Shown in pieces: positions 47,633 to 56,679 of a stretch of 64,000 nucleotides of DNA. A program made the translations under genes and the position numbers. The stretch covers positions 64,001-128,000 of the forward strand of contig JBBISH010000004.1 in assembly GCA_037441385.1 (NCBI GenBank), read 5' to 3'. Every line of letters begins with the position of its first letter. The first letter of the stretch is position 1. Source of the DNA: Myxococcales bacterium (GTDB lineage Bacteria > Myxococcota_A > UBA9042). The notes under the pieces are model-generated. The model had not been told where the DNA came from, ran no database searches, and saw nothing but the letters and a program-made list of their open reading frames with translations.

Positions 47633-49762
47633 ATGGTTCGTAGGATTTTCAATGCATTGCGCGAGCCAGGCCGCCACGGACTGACCCTGTGGGCGGCGTG
47701 GGGGGCCCTGGCGGCCGTGCATCTGGCCGTGTTGGCGGTGCTGCGGGCGTTCTGGCTGTTCCGGCCCGACCCGTTCGGCCATCCGCTGGTCGGCAAGGTC
47801 GATTGGTACCTGTTCCACAGCATCGCCTACGACTCGGCGGCGACGGTGGCAGGGCTGTTGTACTTGATTCCGGTCGCGTTCTTGCTGGGTTGGCTGCCCG
47901 AGCTGTGGCGCAAGCGGCTGAGCGCGCTGGTGGCGGCGGTGGTTGCGCTGGCGACGGCGGGCTTGCTGGCCTTGGGCCAGGTCGACTTTGAGGTCATGCG
48001 TTTTGTGGGCACCCACCTGCAGCCGACCCTGGTGCAGACCTACGGCAACCCCTTGCTGCTGCGCGAACTGCCCAGACTGCTGCAGCACGACGCCGGTGGG
48101 CCGTTCTTGGGGGCCGCGCTGCTGTTCGTCGCGCCGCTGGCGCAGTGGGCCTGGCAGTGGTACTGGTGGCGGCGGCGCCACGTGCATGTGCGCGCCGTGG
48201 CTGTGTTCCTGGGCGTGGCGGCGGCCGGCAAAGTCTTCACCTGGCTGTGGGCCGGCTCGACGTGGAAGGTGTCGGCGGTGGCCGCCCTGTTGCCCGGTCT
48301 GACCGGCGCTGGGCCCCACGCCGACCTCTCCGCCGCGACCCGTCAGGCTGCCGTTGCCGAGCATGTGGCGCGCTGGCAGGCCGCACACCCAGGTGATCGC
48401 AGCGTTTTTCCGTCGGCTGACACGCCGTTGCTGCACCTGACCCCGCACCAGGCCTGCCTGCGCGATGCTCAGGCGCCAGGTTGCGCGGCCGACGCGGACG
48501 GCGACGGTTCGCCCCTGAGCAAGGACTGCGACGACGGCCGGCCCGACGTGCACCCCGGCGCGAGCGAGGTGCCAGGCGACGGCATCGACCAGGATTGCAG
48601 CGGCGTGGACGCAGAGCCGTGGAACTTCTTGGTGTTGGTGCTCGAGTCGCACCGCGGCATGTCGGTGGGGCACATCCCCGGCGCCAAGTCGTGGTCGCCG
48701 CAACTAGATCTGCTGGCCAAGCAGGGACTGGCTCACGGTCGTGCCCAGGCTGCCGCGCTGCCGACCATCGGCGCGTTCATGGCGATTCACACCGGTCTGT
48801 GGGCGTGTTCGCTGGATCAGGTGGCGACGCAGTTCACGCTGGCGCGCATGCCGTCGCTGCCGGCCGTGCTGGGTCGCCACGGCTACGACACCCACTTCTT
48901 TTCGGCGTTTGACCCTGCCTTTGACAACCAGAACGTGTGGCTGCGGCAGTGGTACGGCGAGGTGCACTACGATCGGAGCCGCGAGGAGGACGCGCAACTC
49001 TTGGAGTACGTGGGCAATTGGCTCAGCGAGCGTCCGGCCAACGGCAAGCCGTTCCTGGTCACGGTCACCACCCGCACCAACCACTTTGGCTTCGAGCGCG
49101 TGGCCGGCGTGCCCAAGACGGGCGACGAGGGCTGGCCCGACCGGATGCGCGACACCATGGGCTACTGCGACACCGCGGTGGGCAAGCTGCTGCGGCACCT
49201 AGAGAAGCAGCCGTGGTTCGCCCACACGGTGGTGGTGGTCACCGGCGACCACGGCTACCCGCTGGGCGAGCATGGCGTGTGGTACCTGCACCAGAGCGTC
49301 CACATCGAGTCGACGGCGGTGCCGCTGATCGTCGCCGGCAACCACCCGGCGCTGCAGCGCTGGCGCGGCGTGGTGCAGATGGAGCCGGCCACGCACGTCG
49401 ATCTGGCGCCCACCCTGCTCGACCTGGCCGGCATCGATGGCTCGGGCGCGTGGGTGGGGCGGTCGCTGGTGCGCGACGGCCAGGGCACGGCGATCTCGTA
49501 CAAGGAATCGCACATGGGCATCGAGCGCGGCCGGCTGCGGGTGCTGGCCGAAGAAGGGCACACAAGTCAAGACGAATTCTGCAAATTCTACGATCGCGTC
49601 GCCGACCCGCGCGAAGAGCACGCCCTGCCCATGTCGACAGCGGCGCGCGCCCTGGCCGCCGAGGTGCAGCGGACCTCGGACCTCATGCGCGATTTGTACC
49701 GCCGCGATCAGCTTCTGCCCAAGGGTTGGGGGCCGGCTGGCGAGCCGAGTCCGGTCCCGTAG
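47633..49762 (+). CDS. LtaS/sulfatase-superfamily membrane enzyme with one embedded MopE-type motif
   Basis: About five N-terminal TMs, then DCDDGRPDVHPGASEVPGDGIDQDCSG, LVLES, LPT, TNH, TGDHG and HVDLAPTLL. Confidence 0.8.
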   Translation: MVRRIFNALREPGRHGLTLWAAWGALAAVHLAVLAVLRAFWLFRPDPFGHPLVGKVDWYLFHSIAYDSAATVAGLLYLIPVAFLLGWLPELWRKRLSALVAAVVALATAGLLALGQVDFEVMRFVGTHLQPTLVQTYGNPLLLRELPRLLQHDAGGPFLGAALLFVAPLAQWAWQWYWWRRRHVHVRAVAVFLGVAAAGKVFTWLWAGSTWKVSAVAALLPGLTGAGPHADLSAATRQAAVAEHVARWQAAHPGDRSVFPSADTPLLHLTPHQACLRDAQAPGCAADADGDGSPLSKDCDDGRPDVHPGASEVPGDGIDQDCSGVDAEPWNFLVLVLESHRGMSVGHIPGAKSWSPQLDLLAKQGLAHGRAQAAALPTIGAFMAIHTGLWACSLDQVATQFTLARMPSLPAVLGRHGYDTHFFSAFDPAFDNQNVWLRQWYGEVHYDRSREEDAQLLEYVGNWLSERPANGKPFLVTVTTRTNHFGFERVAGVPKTGDEGWPDRMRDTMGYCDTAVGKLLRHLEKQPWFAHTVVVVTGDHGYPLGEHGVWYLHQSVHIESTAVPLIVAGNHPALQRWRGVVQMEPATHVDLAPTLLDLAGIDGSGAWVGRSLVRDGQGTAISYKESHMGIERGRLRVLAEEGHTSQDEFCKFYDRVADPREEHALPMSTAARALAAEVQRTSDLMRDLYRRDQLLPKGWGPAGEPSPVP

Positions 49763-49765
49763 CCC

Positions 49766-50440
49766 CTACGGCGGTGCAGCGTGGGCAAATCGGCTGTGCG
49801 CAAGAAATTCCAGGACCTGCCGCGCCGTCTCGGGGTGCCGCAGAATCCAGGTGTGGTTGGCAGCAACGGCCACAAAATCAGCCATATCCGGGTGATGCGT
49901 CTCGGCGACCGCGACCGTGCCGTCGTGGTCGGCGTCCTCGCCAAAGAGGTCCAGCGGGTGGGTCAACCAGCTGGTGGGATTGCCCAGCGAAAATCGCTGA
50001 GTCCCAGCGATCACGCCAAACGGCTGTGGCGGCGGCGGCACCTCCAGGCGCTCGCCAGGGCCGATCGCCAACTGCACGCCGGCCGGCCCGTAGATGGCCC
50101 GAAACAGAGCGAGATCGACGAACTTCTTGGCCACGCGGCTGCCCGAGTTGGGCGGCGCGATCAGCACGGCGGACTGCCAGGGCAGGCGGTCGGCCAGCAG
50201 CCGCAACAACACGCCGCCGAGCGAATGCGTCACCGCCGCCAACGGCCGATCGGGCAGGTCGCGGGCGATGCGATCGTGCAGCCAGTCGGCCAAGGCTTGC
50301 AGGTCCAGCTGCCGCGATGGGTAGCTGACCGACCATGTGGGGTAACCGGCCTCTTGCAAACGCAAATCCAGGGATCGCAGCGAGGTCTGCGACCGCAGCA
50401 GCCCGTGGATCAGCACCACCGTGGGGCGAGTCGTCGTCAC
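49766..50440 (-). CDS. Alpha/beta hydrolase (lipase-like)
   Basis: VVLIHGL, VTHSLGG, APPNSGS, HDGTV and NHTW, with GTGA overlap with the acyltransferase stop. Confidence 0.88.
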   Translation of the reverse strand: MTTTRPTVVLIHGLLRSQTSLRSLDLRLQEAGYPTWSVSYPSRQLDLQALADWLHDRIARDLPDRPLAAVTHSLGGVLLRLLADRLPWQSAVLIAPPNSGSRVAKKFVDLALFRAIYGPAGVQLAIGPGERLEVPPPPQPFGVIAGTQRFSLGNPTSWLTHPLDLFGEDADHDGTVAVAETHHPDMADFVAVAANHTWILRHPETARQVLEFLAHSRFAHAAPP

Positions 50441-51786
50441 GGCGCCACCGTGTCGCGGGGGAAAAGCGCGACCATGTCGGCGGGTTTGTAGCGCCCCACC
50501 AGCTCGACCACCTGCCGCTCCAGCTCGTCGCGCTCGACCCGTAGGTCGCGAAGTTCGCGGCGCAGCGAGAAGATCCGCAGGCTGGTGGTGAGCAGCCGCT
50601 GCAACGCCAGACCGCGTTCCAACACCCGCAGGGTCGCAAGCCCCGATACGGGCATCAGAATCGCCGCCGCAATCGCCGCCCCGCTGCCCCAGAGGTGCCA
50701 CGCCGCGCCCACAAAGGCCGCCGCCACCGCCGGCATCGCCAGCAGGCCCATCAGCAGCTTGGTCGTGGCCACCACGTCTTTGCGGGGCGAAACCAGCGGA
50801 CCGGCAAAGCGAATCGCCAAGCCGATCGGCGCGTGGAGCACCCCGCCCGCCAGCGCCAGCGGCAGCCACAGGCCCAGCAGCGCCAGGTGCCCCACCGAGC
50901 GACCCAGCAACTCGAGCGGGCGCCAATTGCGCGTCAGGTCGCGGTCGCGCAACCCCGCGGCCTCCAACCGCTCTAGCCACGCCTGCACCCGCGCGAACAG
51001 GGCCGCCACCTCAGGCTTGTCGGCAATGGTGGCGTAGACCGCGGTGAAGCGCCGCGCCAGCTCGACGCGCGCCTCGAACGAGATCCCTCGCGGTTGGTAG
51101 AGTCGCCGCACCGCGTCCAGCACGCGCAGGGTCGGCCAATCGCAGGCGTTGATGGTCAAGCCGCGCAACCCTGCGTCCAGGCTGGCGGTCAGCGCCCGTC
51201 CGGCGCCAAAGAGGTCGTTGCGGGCCTGTTCCACCAGCGCATCGTCGATCGTCACCGGCACGCCAAATTGCACCAAGACCCGGCTGCGAAACCGCTTGGC
51301 GCGCATGTAGTTCAGCCCCACTGGCACCAAGACAGGCCGCACTCCGCTCACCAGCGCGGTCTGCAGGGCGATGCGCGCCGCCCCCGTCTTCAGGTCGTGC
51401 AAGTGGGCGTCGTCGTGCGACAATCCCTCTGGAAAGATGCCCATCGCCCCGCCGCCCGCCAACACACCGGTCAGGGTCGCAAAGGCATCCGCATTGTCGC
51501 CGCCGCCGGCGTGATCCGCTTTGCGGGCAATCGGCACCGCTCCCAGACCGGCCAGCACCGGCCGCAGCAGCGCACTGCGAAACAGCACGTCTTTGGCGGC
51601 AAAACGCACCTGGCGCGGCGTCACGGCGACCAGCAGCGCCGGATCGATCAGGGAATTGGGGTGGTTGCCGGCCAGGATCAGCGCCCCATCGGCTGGCACG
51701 TGCTCGTCGCCCACCACGGCAATTTCGCGAAAAAACACCCGCAAGGCCGTGGCCAACACGCCGCGCAGGGCAGAATACAGCGACAC
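50437..51786 (-). CDS. Lysophospholipid/glycerol acyltransferase (PlsC-like) with C-terminal membrane region
   Basis: NHPNSLID (HxxxxD), AK, FPEG and LKTGAARIAL. Confidence 0.88.
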   Translation of the reverse strand: MSLYSALRGVLATALRVFFREIAVVGDEHVPADGALILAGNHPNSLIDPALLVAVTPRQVRFAAKDVLFRSALLRPVLAGLGAVPIARKADHAGGGDNADAFATLTGVLAGGGAMGIFPEGLSHDDAHLHDLKTGAARIALQTALVSGVRPVLVPVGLNYMRAKRFRSRVLVQFGVPVTIDDALVEQARNDLFGAGRALTASLDAGLRGLTINACDWPTLRVLDAVRRLYQPRGISFEARVELARRFTAVYATIADKPEVAALFARVQAWLERLEAAGLRDRDLTRNWRPLELLGRSVGHLALLGLWLPLALAGGVLHAPIGLAIRFAGPLVSPRKDVVATTKLLMGLLAMPAVAAAFVGAAWHLWGSGAAIAAAILMPVSGLATLRVLERGLALQRLLTTSLRIFSLRRELRDLRVERDELERQVVELVGRYKPADMVALFPRDTVAP

Positions 51787-51863
51787 GCGATCCTCCCGTT
51801 GGGCGTGGTGGGTGCAAGCGAGCTGCCGCCCGTGAAGCTACCTGGGTTCGCCAGGGCGGGCAA

Positions 51864-51973
51864 GCGGCAATTCCGTCGCCGCAATTCCGTCGCGGCAATT
51901 CCGTCGCCGCATTTCCGTCGCCGCAATTCCGTCGCGGCAATTCCGTCGCCGCATTTCCGTCGCCGCAATTCCG
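51864..51973. repeat. 14 bp tandem repeat GC(G/C)GCA(A/T)TTCCGTC, about 8 copies
   Basis: Seven full units plus one partial, containing a duplicated 42 bp higher-order unit. Confidence 0.95.
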
Positions 51974-52101
51974 CGGCGCGCGCGCGGACATGATCCCGCT
52001 GTCAGGGTGCAGCACGCGGCTGGCACGGATTTCGCAACTGTCCAGGGTACCGCCCGGCCCGTGGGCGGCCCGTGCGCGACGCGCCAAGGTCAAACGACAC
52101 C

Positions 52102-52302
52102 ATGCAACCCGTTGATAATCGATGGCTCTTTGTCCCTGTCAGCCTGGCCGTGGTGGGCCTGCTGGCCAGCCTGTGGAGCGCGCTGGGCCCCGATCCGCGC
52201 CCCGAGCGTGCCAATTTGGCACAAGACAGCGAAGAGGCGAGCCCTTCTGACGCACCGGCTGTCACGCCCGCACCGGCCGCCGTCCGTACTGCCAAACGCT
52301 GA
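52102..52302 (+). CDS. Small putative membrane protein (66 aa)
   Basis: ATG 52102, one hydrophobic helix (WLFVPVSLAVVGLLASLWSAL) and an Ala/Pro-rich tail. Confidence 0.4.
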   Translation: MQPVDNRWLFVPVSLAVVGLLASLWSALGPDPRPERANLAQDSEEASPSDAPAVTPAPAAVRTAKR

Positions 52303-52429
52303 CACGAACCCCACCTGATTCACGCCTAGACGATTTCTGTAACCCGTTCTGCAACTGGCGAGAATCAGGCGGGGACCCCGGTTCGGGCCCGCAGAGTGGC
52401 GCACGTTTTCGATCCGATTTGAACGGTCC
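52302..52429. repeat. Dispersed structured repeat, copy 6 (full length, orientation R)
   Basis: ACACGAACCCCACCTGATTCACGCC...GAATCAGGCGGGGACCCCGGTTCGGG...TTTTCGATCCGATT, abutting TGA at 52300-52302. Confidence 0.92.
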
Positions 52430-52441
52430 CGGCAGGACGCG

Positions 52442-53914
52442 CTACCAAGCCGCCGGATCGAACCAGCGATCCACGTCTGGCCCAAAGTACCCAGAAAGAT
52501 GCTGGTACTCGTTGGCGTGCGGGTCGTAGCGGTAGTCGGCCGCCCAGGCTGGACCGTGCCCGGCGATGGCGGCAATGGCCTGCAGGCAGGTGGCCAACTC
52601 GGCAGATCGGAAGAGCACATGCAGCGAAATCCGCACCCAGCCTGGCTTTTCGGACAGGTCGCCGTGGTCGATGCCGGTGGTGATGCGCTGCGAGCGCTCG
52701 GGATCGACGTGCAGCAAGTAGTGGCCATAGGTACCGGCGCACGAACATCCGCCGCGCGCCTGGATGCCAAACCGGTCGCTGAGCAGCCGCACCACCAGGT
52801 TGTAGTGCAAGCCCTGTAGATAGAACGAGAAAATCGGCAGCCGCTGCCGGATACCCGGCGCCAGCAGGTGCAGGCCTGGGATGCGCGCCAACCCAGCCAG
52901 CATCTGCTCGGTTAGCTGGTGCTCGCGCGCCTGCATGGCCGCCACGCCCATCTCATCCTTGAGCCGGACCGCCATCGCCGCACGAATCGCCTGTAGGAAT
53001 CCAGGAGTACCCGCGTCCTCGCGTGCCTCGATATCTGGCAGGAACGCGTAGCCGCCCCACGGGTTGGTCCACGCCACGGTGCCGCCGCCCGACTCGTCCG
53101 GCACGGTGTTCTGGTACAGCGAACGATGGAACACCAGCACGCCGGCCGAACCCGGCCCGCCCAGGAACTTGTGCGGCGAAAACAACACCGCGTCCAGGCG
53201 TTGCAGCGGATCGGCCGGGTGCATGTCGATCGCCACGTAGGGCGCCGACGCCGCAAAATCGACAAAGGCCACGCCACCGGCGCGGTGCATCGCCGCCGCC
53301 AGCTGCGGGTACGGCGTCATGGCGCCGGTGACATTGGAACAGGCCGTAAACGAACCAATCTTCAGCGGGCGCTCGCGGTACTTGGCCAACAGCGCCTCCA
53401 GCGAAGCCACGCTCACCAGCCCGGTCGCATCGGGCTCGATGACCTCTACGTCGGCCAGCGTCTCGTACCAGCTGGTGTGGTTGCTGTGGTGCTCCATGTG
53501 CGTCACGAACACCACCGGGCGCTCGCGCTCGGGCACCTGGATGTAACGCCGCAAACCTTCTGGCGCTTTCAGCCCCAGGAGCCGCTGTAGCTTGTTGACC
53601 GCACCGGTCATCCCCGAACCGACGGTCAGGATCAAGTCCTCGTCGCTGGCGCCCACGTGGGCCTTCAAGGTCGCATGGGCGCGGTGATAGGCGCGCGTCA
53701 TGGCCTGGCCGGTCGCCGACGCCTCACTATGGGTATTGCCCAGCCAAGGCCCAATTATTTCAGTCAGTTGACGCTCGATCGGCGCGTACAAACGCCCACT
53801 GGCTGTCCAGTCGGCATAGAGCAGCCGCGGCTGGCCGTAGGGCGTGTCCAAGTGCGCGTCGTAGCCTACGATCTGCTTGGCGTGGGCCTGGAACGGAGCG
53901 GCGTGATCGGCCAT
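52442..53914 (-). CDS. Class V PLP-dependent enzyme (cysteine desulfurase/selenocysteine lyase-like)
   Basis: YADWTASGR, EHHSN, SNVTG, PLP lysine motif SPHKF, GTP and RGGCSCAG. Confidence 0.9.
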   Translation of the reverse strand: MADHAAPFQAHAKQIVGYDAHLDTPYGQPRLLYADWTASGRLYAPIERQLTEIIGPWLGNTHSEASATGQAMTRAYHRAHATLKAHVGASDEDLILTVGSGMTGAVNKLQRLLGLKAPEGLRRYIQVPERERPVVFVTHMEHHSNHTSWYETLADVEVIEPDATGLVSVASLEALLAKYRERPLKIGSFTACSNVTGAMTPYPQLAAAMHRAGGVAFVDFAASAPYVAIDMHPADPLQRLDAVLFSPHKFLGGPGSAGVLVFHRSLYQNTVPDESGGGTVAWTNPWGGYAFLPDIEAREDAGTPGFLQAIRAAMAVRLKDEMGVAAMQAREHQLTEQMLAGLARIPGLHLLAPGIRQRLPIFSFYLQGLHYNLVVRLLSDRFGIQARGGCSCAGTYGHYLLHVDPERSQRITTGIDHGDLSEKPGWVRISLHVLFRSAELATCLQAIAAIAGHGPAWAADYRYDPHANEYQHLSGYFGPDVDRWFDPAAW

Positions 53915-54023
53915 GTCTACCTTGCATCGCCGCAGACTGCGGCGCACGGCCAGCATAGCGCAGTGCGGCCCCACCGGACATGGAGCCCGCGCAAGGTGGC
54001 GAGGTTCGCCCCAAAACGCCACA

Positions 54024-54051
54024 ACCCCAGGCACCTTGCGGGGCCTGGGGT
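54024..54051 (-). terminator. Hairpin downstream of the cytochrome c gene, possible intrinsic terminator
   Basis: 9 bp stem ACCCCAGGC/GCCTGGGGT about 45 bp past the stop, with only a weak U-tract. Confidence 0.4.
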
Positions 54052-54096
54052 CGCGACTAGCCTTGCGGCAGAGACTGCGAAGTGCAGCGAGTCGGC

Positions 54097-54396
54097 TTAC
54101 TTGCCGCCCAGCTTCTTGAACTTCTCCAGGCCGTCCTTGGTCAGCTTGAACTCGGGGGCCAGGTTCTCGTGGCAGCTCTTGCAGGCGATGGTGGCGTCGG
54201 TCTTCTTGGCTTCGGCAACCCAAGCCTTGAACGCCTTCTTGGCTTCTTCCTGGCCACCCTTCTTGCAGGCTTCTTCGGCCAGCTTGGTCTCGAACTTGGT
54301 CAGCTTGCAGGGCGCGGCGGCCGGAGCATCGGCCATGGCCATGCCAGCGCCCACAACCATCAGACCAGCCGCCAGAATCATCGCGAACTTCTTCAT
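54097..54396 (-). CDS. Small monoheme c-type cytochrome
   Basis: GGAGG RBS, Sec signal peptide (MKKFAMILAAGLMVVGAGMAMA) and a single CKSCH motif. Confidence 0.8.
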   Translation of the reverse strand: MKKFAMILAAGLMVVGAGMAMADAPAAAPCKLTKFETKLAEEACKKGGQEEAKKAFKAWVAEAKKTDATIACKSCHENLAPEFKLTKDGLEKFKKLGGK

Positions 54397-54748
54397 CTTC
54401 TTGCCTCCTCCGGCGCGTCAGCGGGCACCCTGCCCCCTTCTTCGTCGGCTCTTTCTGCAGCCCGCTCGCAACCCCGAACGTCTGCTTCACCAGAGCGGGA
54501 CCAGCGCCTCTGCGGTCCGCTCTTGCACCTGTAACGTGGGGGCCGTCACCTGGATTCACCGCTAGTAAACCAGCAAGTAAATCAGGTCCCTCTTTGACGG
54601 CCGCACCAGCCGGTGCGCGTGAACGTTCGGAAACCCCTGTAAATGTGTCAGAATTTGGCGCGAGCCAGCGACACTGCGGCGCATCTTATGCGGTTTTGCT
54701 GCCCGGCCGGAAGCCCCGTGCGACGCAAACGTGACAAATCGAGCCGAT

Positions 54749-54781
54749 TCGGATGAAACTCGGATGAAACTCGGATGAAAC
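54749..54781. repeat. 11 bp perfect tandem repeat TCGGATGAAAC x3
   Basis: Direct reading of the intergenic region between the pgm stop and the cytochrome c start. Confidence 0.92.
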
Positions 54782-54801
54782 GGTGACCCAGCCGGCCGCG
54801 C

Positions 54802-56439
54802 CTAGCCCTGGTCCAGCCCAAGCAGGCGATCCAGCTCTTGCGAGGCCGTGCGGGCCTCTTGCAGGCTTTCGCCGCGCACTTCGCGATAATCCTTGATGAT
54901 ATCCTCGGTACCCGAGGCGCGCTTCAGGACCCACGTGCCGCTCTGCAGCACGACCTTGACGCCGTCGCCCACCCGCACGCGCTCGATCGCACGGCCGGCG
55001 ACCCGCTGACCCTGCAGCAAGGCTTCGACTTCGTTGGGGTTCTTTGCCAGCCACCCCAGGCGGGCCTTGCGGGCGGCGCTCGCGGGCGTGTCGACCCGTT
55101 CGTAGGCGTGCGGTCCGTGGCGGGCAGTCAGATCGGCGTACAGCGTGCCGATGTCTTTGCCGGTGCGCGCGATCACCTCCATGATCAAGAGCACGGCGGC
55201 GATGCCGTCCTTCTCGGCGACCCAGGTGCGGCCATCGCGGCGCGGTAGGCTCAGGCCCGCGCTCTCTTCGCCAGCCAGGACGTAGCGGCCGCTGCGCAAC
55301 CCTTGGACGTACCACTTGAAGCCTACGTCGACCTCGTGGACGGCGCGGCCGTGCTCGGCGGCGATCCGGTCGATCAGGTGGCTGGTGCCGATGGTGCGGC
55401 CCACTTCGCGCGCTGCGTCGTACTGGCGGATGCGGCATAGTTGGTCAAAGAGCACGCACAACACTTGATTGGGATTGAGAACCCCACAACCGTCCTCGCC
55501 GCCAAAGCGATCGGCGTCGTTGTCGTTGGCGCCCAAGAACGGCACGCCGCAGCGCTGGCGCAGGCCCGCCACCGCCGCCATCACGTAGGGCGACGACGGA
55601 TCGCCGCGCAACTTGCCGTCCCAATCGTAGGTGCGGGTGGCGCTGGCCGGATCGGGCTCGGGCTGCACCACCTGGATGTCCAACCCGTAGCGCGCGGCCA
55701 CCGCCTCGTAGTAGCCATGCGCCGATCCCCCCAGCGGCGTGGCGGCGAACTTGGTACCCTTGAACACGCTGAAATCGATGACGTTCTGTAGGTCTTCGAC
55801 GTAGGGGCCCAACAGGTCGACCTCGACGATGCGGCCCCGGCGCAGACCGCTCTGCCAGTCCATGCGCTCCACCGGCTCGCGGCCCTGCAAGATCGCGTTG
55901 GCGCGCTCGTCGATGGCGGCGGTGCGGGTGTTGGGGCCGCCGTCACGTCCGTTGCTTTTGTAGCCCGCGTCCTCGGGCGGATTGTGCGACGCGGTTACGA
56001 TCGCGCCCTCGGCGTTGTCGCCGCGCGCTTGGGCCGCCAAGATCGCGTGCGAGATCACGGGAGTCGGCGTGGACCGCCCACCGCGCTGGACGCGCACTTC
56101 AAAGCCATTTCCCGCGAACACCTCGGCGGCCGTCTGCAGGGCGTAGTCGCTGGTAAAGCGCACGTCCTTGCCCAGGTAGATCGGCCCAGGGGCGGCGGCC
56201 GGAAGATCGGCCAGATCGGGGCCGAACGTGCCACGCTGCTTGCGGATATCGCACAGCGCTTGAGTCATGGCGGCGACGTGCGCTTCGCAGAAACCGGCCC
56301 CCGTCAAGCCGCGATGGCCGCTGGTGCCGTTCTTGATCGGCGCCAAGCCGTCGGGGTTGCTGAAGTACCGCTCCTGCATTTCGGCTTGGGCGACAAGGTC
56401 TTTGGCCAGCGGCCGGGTTCCGGCCAGGGGATGCGTCAT
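54802..56439 (-). CDS. pgm: Phosphoglucomutase (alpha-D-glucose-phosphate-specific type)
   Basis: GTSGHRG, catalytic TASHNPP, metal loop DNDADR, GEESAG and RASGTE. Confidence 0.92.
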   Translation of the reverse strand: MTHPLAGTRPLAKDLVAQAEMQERYFSNPDGLAPIKNGTSGHRGLTGAGFCEAHVAAMTQALCDIRKQRGTFGPDLADLPAAAPGPIYLGKDVRFTSDYALQTAAEVFAGNGFEVRVQRGGRSTPTPVISHAILAAQARGDNAEGAIVTASHNPPEDAGYKSNGRDGGPNTRTAAIDERANAILQGREPVERMDWQSGLRRGRIVEVDLLGPYVEDLQNVIDFSVFKGTKFAATPLGGSAHGYYEAVAARYGLDIQVVQPEPDPASATRTYDWDGKLRGDPSSPYVMAAVAGLRQRCGVPFLGANDNDADRFGGEDGCGVLNPNQVLCVLFDQLCRIRQYDAAREVGRTIGTSHLIDRIAAEHGRAVHEVDVGFKWYVQGLRSGRYVLAGEESAGLSLPRRDGRTWVAEKDGIAAVLLIMEVIARTGKDIGTLYADLTARHGPHAYERVDTPASAARKARLGWLAKNPNEVEALLQGQRVAGRAIERVRVGDGVKVVLQSGTWVLKRASGTEDIIKDYREVRGESLQEARTASQELDRLLGLDQG

Positions 56440-56679
56440 GGCGAACTCGCAGACGCCGCCAGGTTCAGCGGCCGCGACAGCATGGCAGCACTGCCGCGCG
56501 CTGCAAGGGGTGGGCTACAGACCGGCCGCGCGCCCCCCACACCCAACGCTCCACACCGTCAATTTGTGTGCAAAAGTAGCTTGCGGGCTGACGGGTTGCA
56601 GTGTACGGTCACAGCAGTGGAGTGCGATCCTGTGGCGTCAGGCGACTGGCATCACCGGCGGTTGAGTGCGGAGGTCGTC

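Noticed and set aside
51864..51973. Possible CRISPR array
   Set aside because: The units are contiguous 14-mers with no unique spacers, and no cas genes are visible.
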